Shown piece by piece: positions 59,496 to 64,000 of a stretch of DNA of 64,000 nt. How positions within the stretch are numbered: position 1 is the first letter of the stretch; each line of letters opens with the position of its first letter. Below the pieces are notes generated by a model, which saw only the letters and a program-made list of their open reading frames with translations, was not told where the DNA came from and ran no database searches. A program made the translations under genes and the position numbers. Origin of the DNA: Desulfatiglandales bacterium (GTDB lineage: Bacteria > Desulfobacterota > DSM-4660 > Desulfatiglandales > HGW-15); contig CAXXJJ010000001.1 of NCBI GenBank assembly GCA_963667015.2, positions 512,001 to 576,000 on the forward strand, given 5' to 3'.

Positions 59496-61148
59496 ATGCC
59501 AGATCCAGTTAAAGAAGAATATGTAGAAGGAGTGGATCCGGAGGCCTTGAAAAAGGAGATATTGAGTAAATATCCCACAAAGGTAGCAAGGAAGAGAGCA
59601 AAACAGATAACCATCAACAAGGTTGATGAAAATGAGAGCGTACCGGAAATAGGTGCAAATGTAAGGACCGTCCCCGGTATCATAACGCAGAGAGGCTGCT
59701 GTTATGCTGGGTGTAAGGGAGTTGTTCTTGGTCCTACAAGAGATATAATCAATCTTACTCATGGCCCAATTGGATGCGGGTTTTACAGCTGGCTTACAAG
59801 ACGAAACCAGACTGATCCGGAAACAACCGAAGACGCTCATCAGTTTATGACCTACTGTTTTTCCACTGATATGCAGGATGAGGAAATTATTTTCGGCGGA
59901 GAGAAAAAGCTTAAAAAGGCTATTCAAGAGGCATATGACATTTTTCATCCAAAGGCCATATCAGTTTTCTCAACATGTCCGGTAGGACTTATTGGTGATG
60001 ATGTTCATGCCGTTACCAGAGAGATGAAGGAAAAACTTGGTATCAATATTTTCGGGTTCAGCTGTGAGGGCTACAAAGGTGTAAGCCAGTCTGCGGGCCA
60101 CCACATTGCCAATAACGGGCTCTTCACCCATATAATAGGTAATGATGATACTATAAAAGAAGGTAAATATAAGGTTAATCTGCTTGGTGAATACAATATC
60201 GGTGGTGATGCCTTTGAAATAGACAGGATTTTTGAGAAATGCGGTATCACGGTGATTTCAACCTTTAGCGGTAATTCAAGTATAGATACCTTTGCCAACT
60301 CTCATACTGCAGACCTCAATATGATCATGTGCCACAGATCAATAAACTATGTGGCCGAGATGATGGAAACGAAATTCGGAATTCCGTGGATAAAGGTAAA
60401 TTTTATCGGTGCCGGGGCAACCGCCAAGTCACTCAGAAAGATAGCCCGGTATTATGAAGACCAGGAGCTTATTGACAGGGTTGAGGAGGTTATAGCCGAG
60501 GAAATGCCCGAGGTGGAAAAGGTTGCTGCTGATGTGAGAACAAGGACCGAAGGAAAACTTGCAATGCTTTTTGTAGGAGGTTCAAGAGCACATCACTACC
60601 AGGAACTGTTTAAAGAGATGGGCATGAAAACCATGGCAGCTGGTTATGAGTTTGCACACAGGGATGACTATGAAGGCAGAGTTGTGCTCCCCAATGTCAA
60701 GATAGATGCGGACAGCAGAAATATTGAAGAGCTTGATGTGAAAGCCGATCCTGAAAGGTACAGCCCGAGGAAAAGCCCTGAGGCCATGGAAAAACTGGAA
60801 AAAGAAGGTCTGAACTTCAAGGACTACAAGGGCATGATGCAGGAAATGGATGATAACACATTTGTAGTGGATGATATCAGCCAGTTTGAAACTGAAACGC
60901 TTATCGAAAAATATAAACCTGCAGTATTCTGCGCAGGGATTAAAGAGAAATATGCGATTCAGAAAAAGGGCGTTCCAATGAAACAGCTTCACAGTTATGA
61001 CTCAGGTGGGCCATATGCCGGATTTAAAGGTGCCGTTAACTTCTATAATGAAATAGACAGGATGGTGAACAGCAAGGTATGGTCATACGTTAAACCACCC
61101 TGGAAGAAGAATCCAGAACTGTCGGCCAGATACGCTTTTATGCCGTAG
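59496..61148 (+). CDS. nifD: Nitrogenase MoFe protein alpha chain
   Basis: RGCCYAGCKG, HGPIGC, CHRS and QLHSYD motifs; group II-type insertion. Confidence 0.97.
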   Translation: MPDPVKEEYVEGVDPEALKKEILSKYPTKVARKRAKQITINKVDENESVPEIGANVRTVPGIITQRGCCYAGCKGVVLGPTRDIINLTHGPIGCGFYSWLTRRNQTDPETTEDAHQFMTYCFSTDMQDEEIIFGGEKKLKKAIQEAYDIFHPKAISVFSTCPVGLIGDDVHAVTREMKEKLGINIFGFSCEGYKGVSQSAGHHIANNGLFTHIIGNDDTIKEGKYKVNLLGEYNIGGDAFEIDRIFEKCGITVISTFSGNSSIDTFANSHTADLNMIMCHRSINYVAEMMETKFGIPWIKVNFIGAGATAKSLRKIARYYEDQELIDRVEEVIAEEMPEVEKVAADVRTRTEGKLAMLFVGGSRAHHYQELFKEMGMKTMAAGYEFAHRDDYEGRVVLPNVKIDADSRNIEELDVKADPERYSPRKSPEAMEKLEKEGLNFKDYKGMMQEMDDNTFVVDDISQFETETLIEKYKPAVFCAGIKEKYAIQKKGVPMKQLHSYDSGGPYAGFKGAVNFYNEIDRMVNSKVWSYVKPPWKKNPELSARYAFMP

Positions 61149-61187
61149 ATAATAACCTTTTGATAAATAGAAATGGAATAGTGACCA

Positions 61188-62591
61188 ATGGAAGCAATAG
61201 ATAAAACCAAACTGTTGAGACATACTTCTCACGAAATAAAAGAGCGAAGCGCGCTTACGGTAAACCCGGCAAAAACATGCCAGCCTATAGGTGCCATGTA
61301 CGCAGCTCTTGGTATCAAGGGCTGCCTGCCCCACAGTCACGGTTCGCAGGGGTGCTGTGCATATCACAGAAGTGCCCTGACACGGCATTACAAGGAACCG
61401 GTTATGGCAGCTACCAGTTCCTTCACAGAAGGTGCTTCGGTATTCGGAGGACAGGCAAATCTCCTTCAGGCAATTGATAATATATTTACTATTTATGACC
61501 CCGATCTGATAGCAGTGCATACAACCTGTCTCTCGGAGACCATAGGTGATGACATTCCGCAGATCGTGGCCAAGGCACAGGCGGACGGTAAGATCCCGAA
61601 GGGGAAACGCGTTATTCACACAAATACCCCAAGCTATGTCGGGTCCCACGTTACCGGATTTTCCAATATGGTTAAATCCATGGTGGATTATTTTTCTGCC
61701 AAAACCGGTGAACAGAAAAACCAGGTCAACATAATCCCGGGATGGGTTGAACCTTCGGACATGGAAGAGATCAAGAGGCTTGCCGGAATGATGGGTATAA
61801 ACACCGTAATGTTCCCTGATACATCCAATATCCTTAATGGTCCTCTCACCGGAAAGTATTCAATGTATCCTGACGGCGGTGTAACCGTTGACGAGCTGAA
61901 GAGCACGGGTGACAGCATCGGAACAATAGCTCTTGGCAAGTGGGGATCAGAGGCCGCTGCCAAGGCCCTGGATACAAAGTGCAAAGTACCATATGAACTG
62001 CTGGATCTTCCCATGGGCCTTCACGCGACAGACCGTTTCATCGAGGCCATGAGGAAAATGACCGGGCTAAATGTACCCGGGTCCATTGACAGGGAAAGAG
62101 GCCAGATGATGGATATTATAACAGATATGCATCAGTACTTTTACAATAAAAGAGTGGGTCTGGCAGGTGATCCGGATCAGCTGATTTCCCTGGCTGAATT
62201 TCTGGTATCAATTGATATGTGGCCGGTATATGCAGTTACAGGAACACCGGGAAAGGCCTTTGAACGGAGAATGAAGGAAATATTAAAAGACTGTCCTTAT
62301 GAAGTAAAGATCAAGGGCGGTGCCAATGCGGATATGTTTCTTTTTCACCAGTGGATCAAGAATGAACCGGTTGATTTGATGATCGGTAATACATACCTGA
62401 AATATATCGCAAGGGATGAAGATATTCCTCTGATCCGTCACGGATTTCCGATCCTGGATCGAGTGGGGCACAGTTACTTCCCGACAGTAGGTTACAGGGG
62501 TGGAATGAGGCTCCTTGAAAAAATACTTGACGTACTCCTTGACAGAAAAGACAGGGATGCTGATGTAAAAACCTTTGAACTTGTGCTTTGA
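61188..62591 (+). CDS. nifK: Nitrogenase MoFe protein beta chain
   Basis: NPAKTCQPIGA, HGSQGC and TTCLSETIGDD motifs. Confidence 0.97.
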   Translation: MEAIDKTKLLRHTSHEIKERSALTVNPAKTCQPIGAMYAALGIKGCLPHSHGSQGCCAYHRSALTRHYKEPVMAATSSFTEGASVFGGQANLLQAIDNIFTIYDPDLIAVHTTCLSETIGDDIPQIVAKAQADGKIPKGKRVIHTNTPSYVGSHVTGFSNMVKSMVDYFSAKTGEQKNQVNIIPGWVEPSDMEEIKRLAGMMGINTVMFPDTSNILNGPLTGKYSMYPDGGVTVDELKSTGDSIGTIALGKWGSEAAAKALDTKCKVPYELLDLPMGLHATDRFIEAMRKMTGLNVPGSIDRERGQMMDIITDMHQYFYNKRVGLAGDPDQLISLAEFLVSIDMWPVYAVTGTPGKAFERRMKEILKDCPYEVKIKGGANADMFLFHQWIKNEPVDLMIGNTYLKYIARDEDIPLIRHGFPILDRVGHSYFPTVGYRGGMRLLEKILDVLLDRKDRDADVKTFELVL

Positions 62592-62788
62592 AAAACATGT
62601 ATCTCGCAGAGTCCGCAGAGAAAAACAGAAAACATTATTACTGTTTTAAGATCAAAACAAAAGCTTTTCTCTGTGCCCTCTGTGAGCTCGAATGACCGAA
62701 GGGAACGGGCGATAGATATTCTTTTCAGTTGATGTCTCTATAATAATTCATATGTTTGCCAAGGCGGATAGAGAGTTAAGAAATTAAA

Positions 62789-64000
62789 ATGGAAGCTATA
62801 AGCGTACTGGAACAACGTAAAAAACATATATATGAAAAAGGCAATGAAAACTTTGAGATGAGCTGTGACAAGGTCAGTCTGGCCGGATCTGTCAGTCAGA
62901 GGGCCTGCGTGTTTTGCGGATCCAGGGTTGTGCTCTATCCCATAGCCGATGCCCTTCATCTTATTCATGGACCAATAGGTTGTGCTGCTTATACATGGGA
63001 TATCAGGGGTTCATTGTCCTCCGGCCCAGAGCTTCACCGCCTCAGTTTTTCAACGGATTTGTCTGAGATGGATGTAATCTATGGAGGTGAAAAGAAACTT
63101 GAAAGGGCCCTCAATGAGCTGATTGACAGATATAAACCAAAAGCAGCATTTATTTATTCAACCTGTATTGTCGGAATTATCGGTGATGATGTTGAATCCG
63201 TATGTAAAAAGGTTTCAAAAGAAAAGGGAATTCCCGTACTGCCGGTACATTCCGAAGGTTTTAAGGGCACAAAAAAAGATGGATACAAGGCAGCCTGCCA
63301 TGCACTTTTCAAGCTGATAGGCAGGGAACCCACCGAAGGAATAAGCAAACACAGTATCAATATACTTGGTGAATTCAATATAGGCGGAGAGGCATGGACC
63401 ATTAAAGACTATTACAAACGGATGGGTGTAGAGGTTGTGTCTGTTATGACCGGTGACGGCCGTGTTGAAGATATCGGCAGGTCCCACGGGGCTTCCCTCA
63501 ATGTTGTTCAGTGCTCAGGGTCTATGACGCACCTGGCCAAACTGATGGAAGAAGAATACGGCATTCCCTATATCAGGGTGTCTTATTTCGGTATAGAAGA
63601 CATGTCGGCCGCGCTTTATGATGTTGCATCGTTTTTTAACGATAAACCGGAAATAATGAAAAAAACCCGTGAACTTGTACGTGAAGAGATAGGAGCAATA
63701 TACCCCGAACTCCAGAGAATGAAAAAAGATCTGCAAGGGAAAAAGGCAGCCCTTTATGTGGGCGGAACTTTTAAGGCATTTTCCCTAATAAAGGCACTTA
63801 GACATCTCGGTATGGATGTTGTGCTTGCAGGATCACAGACGGGCGGTCCTGAAGATTATGAAATTTTAAGGGAAATGTGTGATGAGGGAACGGTCATACT
63901 TGATGATGCGAATCCCCTTGAACTGTCAAAATACATAATTGAAAAAGGGGCCGATTTCTTTATAGGAGGAGTCAAGGAACGTCCAATAGCCTTTAAACTG
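62789..64000 (+). CDS. nifE: FeMo-cofactor scaffold NifE (partial, runs off window)
   Basis: Hand translation: MEAISVLEQRKKH...SLAGSVSQRACVFCGSRVVLYPIADALHLIHGPIGC. Confidence 0.93.
   Translation, partial: MEAISVLEQRKKHIYEKGNENFEMSCDKVSLAGSVSQRACVFCGSRVVLYPIADALHLIHGPIGCAAYTWDIRGSLSSGPELHRLSFSTDLSEMDVIYGGEKKLERALNELIDRYKPKAAFIYSTCIVGIIGDDVESVCKKVSKEKGIPVLPVHSEGFKGTKKDGYKAACHALFKLIGREPTEGISKHSINILGEFNIGGEAWTIKDYYKRMGVEVVSVMTGDGRVEDIGRSHGASLNVVQCSGSMTHLAKLMEEEYGIPYIRVSYFGIEDMSAALYDVASFFNDKPEIMKKTRELVREEIGAIYPELQRMKKDLQGKKAALYVGGTFKAFSLIKALRHLGMDVVLAGSQTGGPEDYEILREMCDEGTVILDDANPLELSKYIIEKGADFFIGGVKERPIAFKL

Noticed and set aside
59496..64000. Alternative (V/Fe) nitrogenase
   Set aside because: No G subunit between D and K, a Nif-type LHSYD motif, and nifE follows directly.

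Overview
Window from a probable Desulfobacterota (deltaproteobacterial) anaerobic diazotroph; the taxonomy is inferred from gene content. Bases 1-15.7 kb are a minus-strand integron cassette array of at least 20 cassettes with attC sites of about 60-134 bp. A putative attI lies at ~15666 and only a 14-codon stub of the integrase survives at 16295. The array is hit by IS21, IS630 and an attC-targeting IS1111 (IS110 family) that carries a nested IS1380. Seven cassettes are gene-less and fall into two repeated families; three others encode HEPN-motif proteins. The best candidate for a new system is one cassette (8283-9237) in which a HEPN gene overlaps a CCA-ending tRNA-like RNA whose anticodon loop is replaced by a long hairpin. 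16.6-37.9 kb holds an ISAzo13 and ordinary chromosomal genes: GH3, FMN riboswitch-ribB, a sigma54 two-component/SLC13 operon and a rimK operon with a structured leader. 38.2-57.1 kb is a defence-type island: TA pair, FRG plus glycogen-synthase-like pair, MBL hydrolase, IS21-split TPR gene, RDD, AAA-DUF4143, RloAB-like pair, IS4 remnant and a Zorya type III-like operon, punctuated by a ~24-nt repeated motif. 57.6-64 kb is nifH-nifI1-nifI2-nifD-nifK-nifE (nifE partial). All family assignments are by eye from motifs; no searches were run.
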